Source: an uncultured Pirellulales bacterium
Lineage (GTDB): Bacteria > Planctomycetota > Phycisphaerae > Sedimentisphaerales > SM23-30
Length of the DNA: 64,000 bases
Reading direction: 5' to 3'
Assembly: GCA_964580995.1 (NCBI GenBank)
Contig: CAZOMV010000001.1
Span: forward strand, 42,840 to 106,839
Under the pieces are notes generated by a model that had not been told where the DNA came from, did no database searches, and saw nothing but the letters and a program-made list of their open reading frames with translations. A program made the translations under genes and the position numbers. The stretch's first letter is position 1, and every line of letters begins with the position of its first letter. This document shows positions 26,786 through 36,974 of the stretch, in pieces.

Positions 26786-29089
26786 TTAGGGAACCATATC
26801 CGACTGATCGAACGTATCAAACCGGATGCCGAAGGTTACCGGTTCGGATTGCCAGCCGATCGTGGCATTTTTTACCAGAATCTTGAACGTGCAATTGACC
26901 AGATCCAGGATGGCCTGATCCACATAAGATACCGACGAGTTCACCAGGGTTTCGGGTCTTTTGTACACGTATTTGGTTCCATTCGGAATGAGTCCTTCGC
27001 TGCCGGCCGGGATGATGGCTTCAAAAGATCCCCATTGGACGATTACCTCCTGTCCGGTCAGGTCGGTCAGGGGGTCTTCCACCGCCATAGCTCCGATAAC
27101 CAGCAGGGAGTCCGAATTCGTAATGGAATTTTTCCCCGGTTTGTATTGGTATTTTTCTACCCGGACCGAATCCGTATGCCCAAACAGAAACTGGAAAGGA
27201 ACATATTTTTTTTGATTGAGGATATCCTCCCCGACGATCGAGGCGGATTGATAATAACTGCCGATCTCGATTTCCACGGGTACGGGAGCCTGTAATCCCG
27301 ATAGATTGATTTGTTTGGCGGTGATGGAAAAGGTATCTTTTACCAAATCCAGGTTCAGAGAGGTTATCCCGCCGGTTTCATTTTTCCCGAATTTCCGCTT
27401 GTATGAATAGAGGGGTTTTTTGGCATTCTTGGTAAACAGATCCGAATTGGTATCAATGGTTTCTTCAAAAGTCCCATCCTGAAGGATCAGGCGGACCACA
27501 ATTTCTGCATGGTTCAAATATTGCTCCGCGATATGAATTCGCCCCATCATGGCGAAAGAGTCTGACTGGGTTGGCCGCGTTCGATCCGGATTTACCTTGC
27601 CGGCTTTCACCGCCAGCTTGGAGACTTGCAGATCGCCGGATTCGTAGGCGCCCATATCAATGACATCATGGCTGATACGATTGGCACCGGCCAGATCAAA
27701 GTCATAATCAACCATCAGGCTGGTATTGCCCTGATCTACGCAGGGGGAACTGTCCAGGAGCCGGTAATCCCCATCCGTCCAAAAATCATCGGTAAGGTCC
27801 TCCGAGGTGCCGTTGGTGTTCCGGTATCCCTCTTGCACAAAATACGGGTCCGCATCGAGGTTGGTGCTGGTATCCCAGTTCAGGGTACAGCCGGTTTCCA
27901 GGTAAATGCCCGTGGGACTCCCCGACTGGTCCTGTCCGATCTCTACATCGCTATAGGAAATGGTCAGTACGGATTCGGTGCCGATTGCCATTTCCGCTCC
28001 CTGCCCGCCGGTATAGTGGATCTGATTGTTCCAAAAGATACAGTTGGTAATGCTGGCTTCGGTGGTATTCCAGCTGCGAATCCCACCGCCATACCAGGCG
28101 GCGGTATTGGCACTGACCGTACAATTGGTTATGGTAAGGAGACTGTCGGAGGTGTATATGCCGCCCCCAAAACTGTCAGCCGTGTTCCCGATCACCGTTG
28201 AGTTGATGATTTGGGCGGAGCTGGAATCGCAATAGATGCCCCCTCCCTGATTTTCAGAGATATTACCGTTTACCATACTGCTTACAATCTTCAGATTGCT
28301 GCTGCTTTCACAGCAGATTCCTCCCCCCCGGTAACTGTCCGGAGTCAGGTTATTCCGGATGGTACAATTCCGAATCTCCAGGTTGCTTTGGTAACCATAA
28401 ATACCGCCGCCGTCATTGGCGGTATTTTCGCGGATGACACAATTTTCGATAACCGGATCGGCATAATCGCACGCGATCCCGCCCCCTTTCCCCTGGCTGG
28501 AATTGAGTTCAATTATACAATTGCGGATGGTCGGACTGCTGTTCACGCAATACATCCCGCCTCCCCAGCCAAATCCATGCGTAATCGTGAATCCATCCAC
28601 CACCGAGTTCGTCTCCAGATAAAAGGCCCGATGGGGATCGGAGAGGCTGCCTTCCGGATCGAGAATGCAGGCATCCGGTCCATTTTTGCTTTGCACCGTG
28701 ATTTCTTTGCCCAGAAAAACAATATCACGATTCCCCGATCCCGTATAAGTGCCATCGGCCACCAGGATCGTGTCTTGATCCGCCGCCATCTCAATCGCCG
28801 CCTGAATGGTCATTTTGGGGCCGACCGTGCCATTCTGAAACGTCGCGGAACTCCCATCCCAAAGATCGTCGCCGGTAACGGCGTTGACGTAATATACAGA
28901 TGCCTTGGTAGTACCAATGGAAAAAAAGAGTATCCAAATAATATATAGGGCCGTTTTCTTCAATAATATATGTTCCTTACTGGTACGCCAGCCTAACCTC
29001 ATTTTTGTTAAACGCCAGTAATTTATTATCGGGCGTTGTAATCCAGATTCTTTAGTTCTAGTTCTGGCGATTCCAAAAAGTAGGGCCAT
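26786..29089 (-). CDS. Secreted right-handed parallel beta-helix protein with Pmp-like GGGI repeats
   Basis: Many repeats of GGGIY/GGGIA/GGGIC ... N(C/S)T(I/V). Signal-peptide-like MRLGWRTSKEHILLKKTALYIIWILFFSIGTTKA begins at the internal ATG at 29002, the likely true start. No PEP-CTERM tail. Confidence 0.75.
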   Translation of the reverse strand: MALLFGIARTRTKESGLQRPIINYWRLTKMRLGWRTSKEHILLKKTALYIIWILFFSIGTTKASVYYVNAVTGDDLWDGSSATFQNGTVGPKMTIQAAIEMAADQDTILVADGTYTGSGNRDIVFLGKEITVQSKNGPDACILDPEGSLSDPHRAFYLETNSVVDGFTITHGFGWGGGMYCVNSSPTIRNCIIELNSSQGKGGGIACDYADPVIENCVIRENTANDGGGIYGYQSNLEIRNCTIRNNLTPDSYRGGGICCESSSNLKIVSSMVNGNISENQGGGIYCDSSSAQIINSTVIGNTADSFGGGIYTSDSLLTITNCTVSANTAAWYGGGIRSWNTTEASITNCIFWNNQIHYTGGQGAEMAIGTESVLTISYSDVEIGQDQSGSPTGIYLETGCTLNWDTSTNLDADPYFVQEGYRNTNGTSEDLTDDFWTDGDYRLLDSSPCVDQGNTSLMVDYDFDLAGANRISHDVIDMGAYESGDLQVSKLAVKAGKVNPDRTRPTQSDSFAMMGRIHIAEQYLNHAEIVVRLILQDGTFEETIDTNSDLFTKNAKKPLYSYKRKFGKNETGGITSLNLDLVKDTFSITAKQINLSGLQAPVPVEIEIGSYYQSASIVGEDILNQKKYVPFQFLFGHTDSVRVEKYQYKPGKNSITNSDSLLVIGAMAVEDPLTDLTGQEVIVQWGSFEAIIPAGSEGLIPNGTKYVYKRPETLVNSSVSYVDQAILDLVNCTFKILVKNATIGWQSEPVTFGIRFDTFDQSDMVP
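28992..29021. repeat. Copy 2 (diverged) of the CTAACCT...TTTTGCAAAA motif
   Basis: cctaacctcatttttgttaaacgccagtaa overlaps the probable ATG (29002-29000, minus strand) of the beta-helix gene. Confidence 0.4.
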
Positions 29090-29228
29090 ATTAAGAAGCC
29101 TTTGGCGATGGAAAACGCTATTTGCTTCCCGCCAAATGGATTTCTTTAAAATGACCGCCCTTCCGAGTTGCGATATAAATACCTGCCTAAATTGTAGTTA
29201 GATTCCAAAAGATAAAAATTCTGCCTCC

Positions 29229-29257
29229 TTGACAAAACTCGATAAGATCGATTAAAT
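29229..29257 (+). promoter_or_regulatory. Candidate sigma70 promoter (TTGACA-17-TTAAAT)
   Basis: TTGACA at 29229-29234 and TTAAAT at 29252-29257, upstream of the Wza-like gene. Confidence 0.4.
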
Positions 29258-29326
29258 TGCCGATATAGATAAAGTCTTTCCCAGTGGTTCGCTGTTACAG
29301 ATTTACCGTATAATAAGGAGTCGCAT

Positions 29327-30064
29327 ATGAAGCCAGCCCGCCTGTTGCTGCTGCTGAGTTTATTGATGGTTCTTGCCGGTTTTTCCGGTTGTTTTTCTTC
29401 TTCCGCAAAAGATATTGAGGCTTTTGTCAAACCCTACCAGCAGGATGTGACGGCCGAACAGTATGTTTTGCAGCCGCCGGATGAAATTGAAATCCATTCC
29501 GCCAAAATACCGGAAATCAACCTCCAGCGTCAGCGAATCCGTCCGGATGGCCGGGTGGCCTTCGAAAATCTGGGGGTATTTAAGGTAGCTGGCAAAACCC
29601 CGGAAATGGTCTCGGATATGCTGCAGGAGAAAGCGGTCACACTCTATTCCCTGAAAGGGGACGATCCCATCGAGGTCCGGGTTACGGTTTTCAAAAGCAA
29701 AGTGTATTATGTAGTGGGAGAAGTGCGTACCCCCGGTCCCAAGGTTTTTACCGGACGCGATACCCCCTTGACCGCGATTGCCGAAGCCAATCCGGAGGTT
29801 ACCGGCTGGACGGATAGAATCCAGGTGGTCCGGCCTTCGGTGGATCCGAATGTCAAACCGAAAATATTTGAAATTAAATATAAAGACATGATCAAGCGTG
29901 GAGATACCAGCAAGAATGTGCTCTTGCAGGAAGGGGACATTATATATGTACCGCCGACCCCGCTGGCGGCCGTTGCCATGGTCATTGCGGAGTTTGTACG
30001 CCCGATCGGTGCAGCCCTTTCTCCGGTCAGCCAGGTATATTATCTTCAAAGAATGGGAGAATAA
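29327..30064 (+). CDS. Polysaccharide export lipoprotein (Wza-like: Poly_export + SLBB)
   Basis: Lipobox LAGFSGC. Also PDEIEIH...QRIRPDGRV and a soluble-ligand-binding beta-grasp (SLBB)-like LLQEGDIIYVP. Confidence 0.85.
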   Translation: MKPARLLLLLSLLMVLAGFSGCFSSSAKDIEAFVKPYQQDVTAEQYVLQPPDEIEIHSAKIPEINLQRQRIRPDGRVAFENLGVFKVAGKTPEMVSDMLQEKAVTLYSLKGDDPIEVRVTVFKSKVYYVVGEVRTPGPKVFTGRDTPLTAIAEANPEVTGWTDRIQVVRPSVDPNVKPKIFEIKYKDMIKRGDTSKNVLLQEGDIIYVPPTPLAAVAMVIAEFVRPIGAALSPVSQVYYLQRMGE

Positions 30065-30157
30065 ATAGTTCCAAAACCGCATAAGGATAAGGATCGGAGA
30101 ATAAAAGATCAGGCAGTTCTGACCGGCATAATCGAGCTGGTTTTAGTACTGGCCGGA

Positions 30158-30766
30158 GTGGTGGTGTTGCGGTTTTTTCTGAACAGGGTATTCCCTGTTC
30201 ACTGGCACTGGTGGGCTTGTCCGGTCCTTTGGGTAGTTGCGGCAGGAATTCCCACGATCCTGGGCGGCCGCAGCCGGCAGGATTTAGGATTACATCTTAC
30301 CCGGATCGGCTTTTCCCTCAAAATCCTCGCGATTACCTGTCTGATGATTTTCCCGGTCACGTATGTCGGTTTGTATCTCTTGAAGCTGCTGGGCCTCGCA
30401 TGGGAACCTCTGTCCGGAATCCCGCCGGATGCCTGGCTTTTCTGGCTTTTGTATCAATTTCTCTATGTCGCCGTGGCCGAAGAATTATTTTTCCGCGGTT
30501 ATATCCTCGGTTTACTCCTGCGGTTCCGTACGAATCTTTCCCTCAGGCGGCCTGGCGTATGGCAGGGAATGAGTATTTTGATCTCTGCCTTGGTTTTTGC
30601 CCTGTTTCATGTCATGCAAGGTGGGGGGGTGGTATCCGTATTGACGTTTTTCCCCGCCCTGGTTCTCGGCTGGCTGTTGGTACGTACCCGCTCCCTGGTG
30701 GCTCCCATTTTGTTCCACGGTCTGGCCAATACCTTCTATGCCCTGGTCGCAACTCTGCTGTCTTGA
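30158..30766 (+). CDS. CPBP (CAAX/Abi) family intramembrane glutamic protease
   Basis: Motifs AEELFFRGY, FALFH and FHGLANT, with multiple TM segments. GTG start. Confidence 0.8.
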   Translation: MVVLRFFLNRVFPVHWHWWACPVLWVVAAGIPTILGGRSRQDLGLHLTRIGFSLKILAITCLMIFPVTYVGLYLLKLLGLAWEPLSGIPPDAWLFWLLYQFLYVAVAEELFFRGYILGLLLRFRTNLSLRRPGVWQGMSILISALVFALFHVMQGGGVVSVLTFFPALVLGWLLVRTRSLVAPILFHGLANTFYALVATLLS

Positions 30767-30783
30767 TGAGCATCTGCTCCTGA

Positions 30784-31812
30784 CTAGCGGCCGGAATACA
30801 TCTGCTCGTAATATTTTTCGTAATCGCCGGAAACTACATGGCCCAGCCATTCCGGATGGGATAAATACCAGTCGATGGTTTTTTCAATGCCCTGTTCAAA
30901 ATGTACGGAAGGACTCCACCCCAGCTCCGTCATGATCCGGGTCGCATCAATGGCATATCTTCGGTCGTGACCCGGACGGTCCTTTACATGCCGGATCAGG
31001 CTCTTCGGCTTTTGTAATCTCTCCAGAATGATTCCGATCACTTCCAGATTCGTCTTTTCATTACAGCCGCCGATATTGTAAATCTCTCCCGCCCGGCCTC
31101 CGGTTAAAACCTTCCATACCGCCGTGCAGTGATCATACACATACAGCCAGTCCCGGACATACAGCCCATCCCCATAAACCGGCAGCTCCTTGTCATGCAG
31201 GGCGTTGTGAATCATCAGCGGCAGCATCTTCTCCGGAAACTGATATGGCCCGTAATTATTGGAGCAGCGGGTAATATTATAACGCAGCCCCCAGGTATGC
31301 CCGAACGCCCGCACCAGATGGTCCGCCGCCGCCTTGCTGGCCGAGTAGGGGGAATTGGGCTGGATGGGGCTGTTCTCGGTAAATTTCCCCTCCGTCCCCA
31401 GCGAGCCATACACCTCATCCGTGGATACCTGTACATATTTCTCCACCCCGTGGTCCCGTGCCGCTTCCAGCAGTTTCAGCGTCCCCGTGACATTGGTGTC
31501 AATAAATACGCTCGGTCCTTCCAGGGAACGGTCCACATGGCTTTCCGCCGCGAAGTGTACGATCGCATCAATGGCGTGTTCCTTTAAAAGTTTTCCTATT
31601 AACTCCCCGTTGCAGATGTCTCCCTTTACAAAGATATGGTTCGGATGATCCAGAAACCCTTCCAGATTTTCCAGGTTCCCCGCATAGGTGAGCTTGTCGA
31701 GATTGACCACCCGGTAATCACGATGTTCCTGCAAAACCATCTGTACAAAGTTGCTGCCGATAAATCCAGCCCCGCCGGTTACTAATAGATTCCTCATATT
31801 TTCCTCATACAT
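30784..31812 (-). CDS. rfbB: dTDP-glucose 4,6-dehydratase
   Basis: LVTGGAGFIGSNF, YSASKAA, and full-length similarity by eye. Confidence 0.95.
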   Translation of the reverse strand: MYEENMRNLLVTGGAGFIGSNFVQMVLQEHRDYRVVNLDKLTYAGNLENLEGFLDHPNHIFVKGDICNGELIGKLLKEHAIDAIVHFAAESHVDRSLEGPSVFIDTNVTGTLKLLEAARDHGVEKYVQVSTDEVYGSLGTEGKFTENSPIQPNSPYSASKAAADHLVRAFGHTWGLRYNITRCSNNYGPYQFPEKMLPLMIHNALHDKELPVYGDGLYVRDWLYVYDHCTAVWKVLTGGRAGEIYNIGGCNEKTNLEVIGIILERLQKPKSLIRHVKDRPGHDRRYAIDATRIMTELGWSPSVHFEQGIEKTIDWYLSHPEWLGHVVSGDYEKYYEQMYSGR

Positions 31813-32656
31813 TCTTTAAAAATTGTTCCAAAGGTACCTGCCACGGCTGGATGGCCTCCTCCAGCACCGACTTGATTTTACGGCAATCAAAACAACTGTT
31901 CAGAGGCCGGGCCGCCGCACACGGAAATTCACTGGTTTTACAGCGGACCAGCGAAACAGCCATCCCCAGCTTCCCAAAAACAAACTCCGCCATCTCATAG
32001 CGGCTCACATACCCACCACTGGCAAAATGAAACAAACCTTCCTCTCGCTTTTCCATTAAATTGCATATCGCCTGCGCCGCCTCGGTCGTGGCGGTGGGGG
32101 AACCGATCTGGTCCTCCACCACTTTGAGTTCCGGATTCTTCCCAGCCAGCGAAATCAGCTTGCTGACGAAATTCGTGCCGCCGGTGCCATACGTCCACTG
32201 CACCCGCAACCGGCAATGCCGGCAGCCGCTTTCCACCAGGAGCCGCTCCCCCATCCATTTGCTCCTGCCGTACACGCTGATCGGGTTCGGCGGGTCGGTT
32301 TCGTCATACGGGCCGTCCTTGGTCCCGTCAAAAACGAAATCCGTACTGATATGCAGAACCCATTTCCCCGCCTCTTTTGCCATCCGGCCCAGCCGTCCCA
32401 CCGCTTCCCCATTCACCTGATAGGCCGCCTCCGCCTCGCTTTCCGCCTTTTCCACATTGGTATAAGCTGCGCAGTTCACGATTACTTCATAATCGTTCAT
32501 AACCATCCGGAGGTGGTCCGGGTTGCAGATGTCGAATTCCGGCCGGTCGAAAACCGCGATATTCCACCCTTTTTTTTCACAGAATATGGCCAAATCCCTC
32601 CCCAGCATCCCCCTGCCTCCCAAAATGGCAACAGTAGAAATGTTTTTTTTCATCAC
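31805..32656 (-). CDS. rfbD: dTDP-4-dehydrorhamnose reductase
   Basis: ILGGRGMLG...AAYTNVEKAE...YGRSK; operon position. Confidence 0.9.
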   Translation of the reverse strand: MMKKNISTVAILGGRGMLGRDLAIFCEKKGWNIAVFDRPEFDICNPDHLRMVMNDYEVIVNCAAYTNVEKAESEAEAAYQVNGEAVGRLGRMAKEAGKWVLHISTDFVFDGTKDGPYDETDPPNPISVYGRSKWMGERLLVESGCRHCRLRVQWTYGTGGTNFVSKLISLAGKNPELKVVEDQIGSPTATTEAAQAICNLMEKREEGLFHFASGGYVSRYEMAEFVFGKLGMAVSLVRCKTSEFPCAAARPLNSCFDCRKIKSVLEEAIQPWQVPLEQFLKNV

Positions 32657-33213
32657 ACCTTCTTAAAATGCGGCAGCCGGGCGGCTGGAATATCTTTGAG
32701 CCTTGTATAAGCGGCATCCTTGGCTGACAAAATAGGCTCCCGGATCGGCCAGGCGATGCCAATATCCGGATCGTTCCAGAGTACCCCGTTCTCTGCCGAA
32801 TGACTATAATAATCGGTACATTTATACGAAAAAATCACCGTTTCACTCACAACCGCAAAACCATGAGCAAAACCGGCCGGGATATACAATTGCCGGTGAT
32901 TCTGCTCGGATAGTTCCACCGACACCCAGTCCCCAAAGGTCGGGCTGCCGACCCGGATATCCACCGCCACATCAAAAACCGCCCCCTGTAAAACCTGGAT
33001 CAGCTTGCCTTGGGCCTGGGGATTTTGAAAATGCAGGCCCCGCAACACTCCTCTTTGGGAAAACGAAACATTGTCCTGGACAAAATCTTCCGTCAGCCCC
33101 ATCTCCTGATACCGCCGTCGGCTCCACGTTTCAAAAAAACAGCCGCGCTGGTCGGAAAAAACATCCGGCTCAAAAATCCTGACCCCGGTCAATTTCGTCT
33201 GGATCACCTGCAT
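32653..33213 (-). CDS. rfbC: dTDP-4-dehydrorhamnose 3,5-epimerase
   Basis: FSDQRGCFFETW...RGLHFQ...GFAHGF. Confidence 0.95.
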   Translation of the reverse strand: MQVIQTKLTGVRIFEPDVFSDQRGCFFETWSRRRYQEMGLTEDFVQDNVSFSQRGVLRGLHFQNPQAQGKLIQVLQGAVFDVAVDIRVGSPTFGDWVSVELSEQNHRQLYIPAGFAHGFAVVSETVIFSYKCTDYYSHSAENGVLWNDPDIGIAWPIREPILSAKDAAYTRLKDIPAARLPHFKKV

Positions 33214-34091
33214 TATACTTTGCCCTCGATCAGCGACAGCAAATACTGTCCGTAATTATTTTTGGCCAGCGGCTCTGCCAGCTTCAGTACCTGCCGGGCG
33301 TCAATCAGCCCCATGTGCCAGGCAATTTCCTCCGGACAGGCAATCTTCAGCCCCTGCCGCTGTTCCACGATCTGGACAAAGTTAGAGGCCTGCAGCATCG
33401 CATCCACCGTCCCGGTGTCCAGCCAGGCCGTCCCGCGCCCCAGCAGCTTCACTTTTAATTGCCCCTGCTTGAGGTACATGGCATTCACATCGGTAATTTC
33501 CAGCTCCCCCCGCGCCGACGGTTTGATCCGGGCTGCAATCTCCGTAATCTGGGAATCATAAAAATACAATCCTACCGCCGCAAAGGAGGATTTGGGTTGG
33601 GCCGGCTTTTCCTCAACCGAAATCACCTTTCCCTGGCCGTCAAATTCGATCACTCCGTAACGCTGCGGGTCTTTTACCTTATAGCCGAAAATAGTGGCTC
33701 CGGATGTCTGGCCAGCCGCATTCTGCAGGGTTTGTGCCAGCCCCTGGCCGTAAAATATATTGTCACCCAGAATCAAACAGGCCGGGCCGCCGGCGAGAAA
33801 ATCCCTGCCGATAATAAAAGCCTGGGCCAGCCCTTCCGGCCGGGGCTGCTGGGCATACTGCAGATGAATTCCCCACTGGCTGCCGTCCCCCAGCAGCCGC
33901 TGATAGAGTCCGATATCCTCCGGCGTACTGATAACCAATATCTCCCGAATCCCCGCCAGCATCAGCGTAGTCAGGGGGTAATAAATCATCGGTTTGTCAT
34001 ATACCGATAACAACTGCTTGCTTACCACCTGGGTAACCGGATACAAACGCGTGCCGCTGCCGCCTGCCAGAATAATGCCTTTTAAAACCAT
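33213..34091 (-). CDS. rfbA: Glucose-1-phosphate thymidylyltransferase
   Basis: [15 protein letters not shown]...LGDNIFYG...GTAWLDTGT. Confidence 0.95.
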   Translation of the reverse strand: MVLKGIILAGGSGTRLYPVTQVVSKQLLSVYDKPMIYYPLTTLMLAGIREILVISTPEDIGLYQRLLGDGSQWGIHLQYAQQPRPEGLAQAFIIGRDFLAGGPACLILGDNIFYGQGLAQTLQNAAGQTSGATIFGYKVKDPQRYGVIEFDGQGKVISVEEKPAQPKSSFAAVGLYFYDSQITEIAARIKPSARGELEITDVNAMYLKQGQLKVKLLGRGTAWLDTGTVDAMLQASNFVQIVEQRQGLKIACPEEIAWHMGLIDARQVLKLAEPLAKNNYGQYLLSLIEGKV

Positions 34092-34189
34092 GAACTCTTC
34101 TCCTAACGAAACGAATCCAACTGGATTAACCTAACTATAATATCGAATACTATTTAAGTCAAGAATGCAATATTTTGTTTCGCTATGTC

Positions 34190-35701
34190 TCATAACCGAA
34201 AAACCGCATATTGTTCATAGGGGGCCGGAAGCCTGGGAATGATGGGAGCACAGGTAATCGCCAGAGAATCAAGCAGAGGAGAACCCTGTTTACATATCAG
34301 CCACCGGGCCCCGCTTTTGTCCCGCAGCATTTGGTATTGTTCCTGGGTATATTCATCCCGTACCAAGAGAGTCATTCGGGGTTTCATAACATACCCCATT
34401 AGTTGATAATCATTATCGTGGATTTCAACCATAACGGATTCATCCTGCGGAATCGGTTCAAACATCCGGGCCAGTGTGGTCCGCAATATTTTCTCCTCGA
34501 TTCCTTGCTGGTGTAATCTCCACACCAGGGGCAGATCCATTATTATCAAAACAACTATACTCCCCACCAGCAGCATCCGTTTTGTGCTTTTTGACGGGAG
34601 CCAGCCAATTTTGTGGAAACCAATCGCAGCGCCAGCCAATACGGGCGGTATTGTCACCAGCAGATAACGGAATTGATTCTGGACCATAACGACGGTGATA
34701 AAATGCAGAAACAGAAGAAACGCGAATCCATGTCCGATCCGCCGCTCGATTGAGGATTTCTTTTTGAAAAATAGCACAACGGCCAGAACCGCCAGCAGGT
34801 TGAAAGGGGCATAAAAAACCTGTTCGGAAATATGGGAGGGAAAAAGATGATGCAAAAGATTATATGCGAATTTCCCTGCCATTCCTTGCCACTGGATAGG
34901 CATAGGGGAGAGGGTAAAATAATTGTACATATTATCGGTGACGCCGGGGACCGCGTTATTGAGCAGGCCGCTCCAGGAAATGGGTAAACTCTCCGGAAAC
35001 AGAAAGTGTTGGCCCGCCGCCGCCGCCACTGCCGCCGCCAATAAGGCTGCCGCCTGTACTATAGTATTTTTGCGAACCGGCCGATTCTGCCATAGATAAG
35101 CCGCGGGCAGCAAAAATAACGGGATAATATAGGTGGACCGGCAATAGAAGGCGCCCAGGATAGCCGCCGCCAGTAAAATCCAAAATCTCCGTTTCGTCAT
35201 CGCCCACCCATAGGCCAGCATCCCCAACGCCACAAAAGGCGCGATAGTCGCTTCCGCCAGCGGCTGGGCGGTCAGCCAGAGCGTCAGGGGAAGCAGCAGA
35301 TACACCGAATATGCCCACACGGCCAGATGGATTCCGGTAATCCTGGCCACCAGGACGGCGATCAGGGCGGCGGTGAAAAGGGTGGCCAGAACATTGGTGA
35401 TAACCCACCCTGCATAAGAACCTGTGATCCAGGCCGCCGGCAGTACCAGATACAGATTCAGGATGTTATGGATGAAATAGGGCTTCTCCTGCCCTGTCAG
35501 CATCACCTGGGCCGGAAATAGGTTATTCGTAACCGGTGGGCCGCCCTGCAACAGGGTCTCCACATCGGCCAGATACCAGTATTGATCGGACCCCCGGCAA
35601 TCCGTGGCCGCCAGTATCACCAGAAATAGAAAAACCGCCGTCACTCCTAGTAAAGCTATGAGTGCGGTTTTATCGTTTCTTTCTGACAGTCTGTTCATCA
35701 A
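34190..35701 (-). CDS. GT-C fold membrane glycosyltransferase (ArnT/PMT-like, GT39/83-type)
   Basis: 503 aa with about 11-12 TM segments, an early acidic/aromatic loop (SDQYWYLAD) and a C-terminal soluble domain. The family call rests on topology and context. Confidence 0.55.
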   Translation of the reverse strand: MMNRLSERNDKTALIALLGVTAVFLFLVILAATDCRGSDQYWYLADVETLLQGGPPVTNNLFPAQVMLTGQEKPYFIHNILNLYLVLPAAWITGSYAGWVITNVLATLFTAALIAVLVARITGIHLAVWAYSVYLLLPLTLWLTAQPLAEATIAPFVALGMLAYGWAMTKRRFWILLAAAILGAFYCRSTYIIPLFLLPAAYLWQNRPVRKNTIVQAAALLAAAVAAAAGQHFLFPESLPISWSGLLNNAVPGVTDNMYNYFTLSPMPIQWQGMAGKFAYNLLHHLFPSHISEQVFYAPFNLLAVLAVVLFFKKKSSIERRIGHGFAFLLFLHFITVVMVQNQFRYLLVTIPPVLAGAAIGFHKIGWLPSKSTKRMLLVGSIVVLIIMDLPLVWRLHQQGIEEKILRTTLARMFEPIPQDESVMVEIHDNDYQLMGYVMKPRMTLLVRDEYTQEQYQMLRDKSGARWLICKQGSPLLDSLAITCAPIIPRLPAPYEQYAVFRL

Positions 35702-35768
35702 AGTGTACCGAACTTGAATTTTCGTTTATCTTTTTCAATCCCGGCTGCTTGCCAGCCGGATTCTTAAC

Positions 35769-36923
35769 TCAATAAAATTGCATTACGGTTTCGATGATTT
35801 TCTCCTGCTCTTCCCGGGTCAACGTAGTAAAAAGGGGCAACCGAATCAATCGGCTGCTGATATCCTCGCTTACCGGGCAGGATGCGGTTTTGCCTGCGGC
35901 TTTTCTGCCCATCTCCGAAAGGTGCAGTGGCAGGTAATGGAACACCGCATAAATCCCGTGCGACCGCAGGTGGGCAATCATCGCCTGTCGATCGGCATGG
36001 GTTGGCATGATCAGATAAAACAAATGGGATGGATGTTCGCAAGAATCCGGTATGACGGGCAATCGTACGTTATGCTCTCCAGCCCAGGTATGCAATTGGG
36101 CATAATAACGCTCCCAGATCCTTCGGCGCGACTGCTGGATTTGGTCGCAAACTTCCAGTTGGGCGTACAAAAACCCGGCCAGCAGATCCGTCGGCAGATA
36201 ACTGGAACCAATATCCATCCAGGTGTACTTGTTTACTTCCCCACGGAATAACTGGCTGCGATTGGTGCCTTTTTCCCGTATGATTTCCGCCCGTTCAATG
36301 TATTGAGGGTCATTAATCAGCAGTGCCCCGCCTTCCCCGCAGGTGATATTTTTGGTTTCGTGAAAACTCAGGGTCGCCAGGCAGCCAAAGGTGCCCAAAG
36401 GCCGGCCCTTATATTTTCCGAATAATCCGTGGGCATTATCTTCCACCACAGCCACACGATGCCGGCCGGCAATCTCCAGGATCACATCCATCTCGCATCC
36501 CACGCCTGCGTAGTGAACCGGCACAATCGCTTTGGTCCGGGGTGAGATACAGCCCTCCAGCCGGGTTTCATCCAGATTCAGGGTATCCGGTCGGATATCA
36601 ATAAATACCGGGCGGGCCTGATGTAGGGCAAAGGCATTGGCGGTCGAGACAAATGTAAACGAGGGAATAATCACCTCATCTCCCGGTTGAATATTCAGCA
36701 GCAGGGCCGACATCTCCAGCGCATGGGTACAGGAAGTGGTCAGAAACACCTTGCGCACCCCCAATTCCCTTTCCAGAAATTCATGGCACCGGCGCGTAAA
36801 CGGCCCATCTCCGGAAATATGCCCGCCGGCGACCGCTTCCGCCATATAGGCCAGTTCCCTGCCTTCCAGGGCCGCACGGTTAAAAGGGATCATTGGCTTA
36901 GACATAGAACGCCCTCCTTGCAT
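35769..36923 (-). CDS. dTDP-4-amino-4,6-dideoxy-hexose transaminase (WecE/DegT family, PLP-dependent)
   Basis: MIPFNRAALEGRELAYMAEAVAGGHISGDGPFTRRCHEFLE closely resembles the WecE N-terminus. SFHETKN is the PLP lysine motif. The likely start is the ATG at 36905. Confidence 0.88.
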   Translation of the reverse strand: MQGGRSMSKPMIPFNRAALEGRELAYMAEAVAGGHISGDGPFTRRCHEFLERELGVRKVFLTTSCTHALEMSALLLNIQPGDEVIIPSFTFVSTANAFALHQARPVFIDIRPDTLNLDETRLEGCISPRTKAIVPVHYAGVGCEMDVILEIAGRHRVAVVEDNAHGLFGKYKGRPLGTFGCLATLSFHETKNITCGEGGALLINDPQYIERAEIIREKGTNRSQLFRGEVNKYTWMDIGSSYLPTDLLAGFLYAQLEVCDQIQQSRRRIWERYYAQLHTWAGEHNVRLPVIPDSCEHPSHLFYLIMPTHADRQAMIAHLRSHGIYAVFHYLPLHLSEMGRKAAGKTASCPVSEDISSRLIRLPLFTTLTREEQEKIIETVMQFY

Positions 36924-36974
36924 AAACCGGCCCTTTCCGCCGTTTTTTTTGATTATTCATAATTCTCACCGGCA

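Noticed and set aside
27626-28948. 191-aa and 245-aa plus-strand ORFs inside the beta-helix gene region
   Set aside because: They are antisense to a long repeat-rich ORF with a clear GGGI/NxT periodicity. Repeats commonly leave open antisense frames.
29360-30082. 240-aa ORF antisense to the Wza-like gene
   Set aside because: The plus-strand frame has a lipobox and Poly_export/SLBB-like motifs. The antisense product is R/G/H-rich.
30211-30783. 190-aa ORF in an alternative plus frame over the CPBP protease gene
   Set aside because: Only the 30158-30766 frame contains the EELFFRG, FxLFH and HGLANT motifs and hydrophobic helices.
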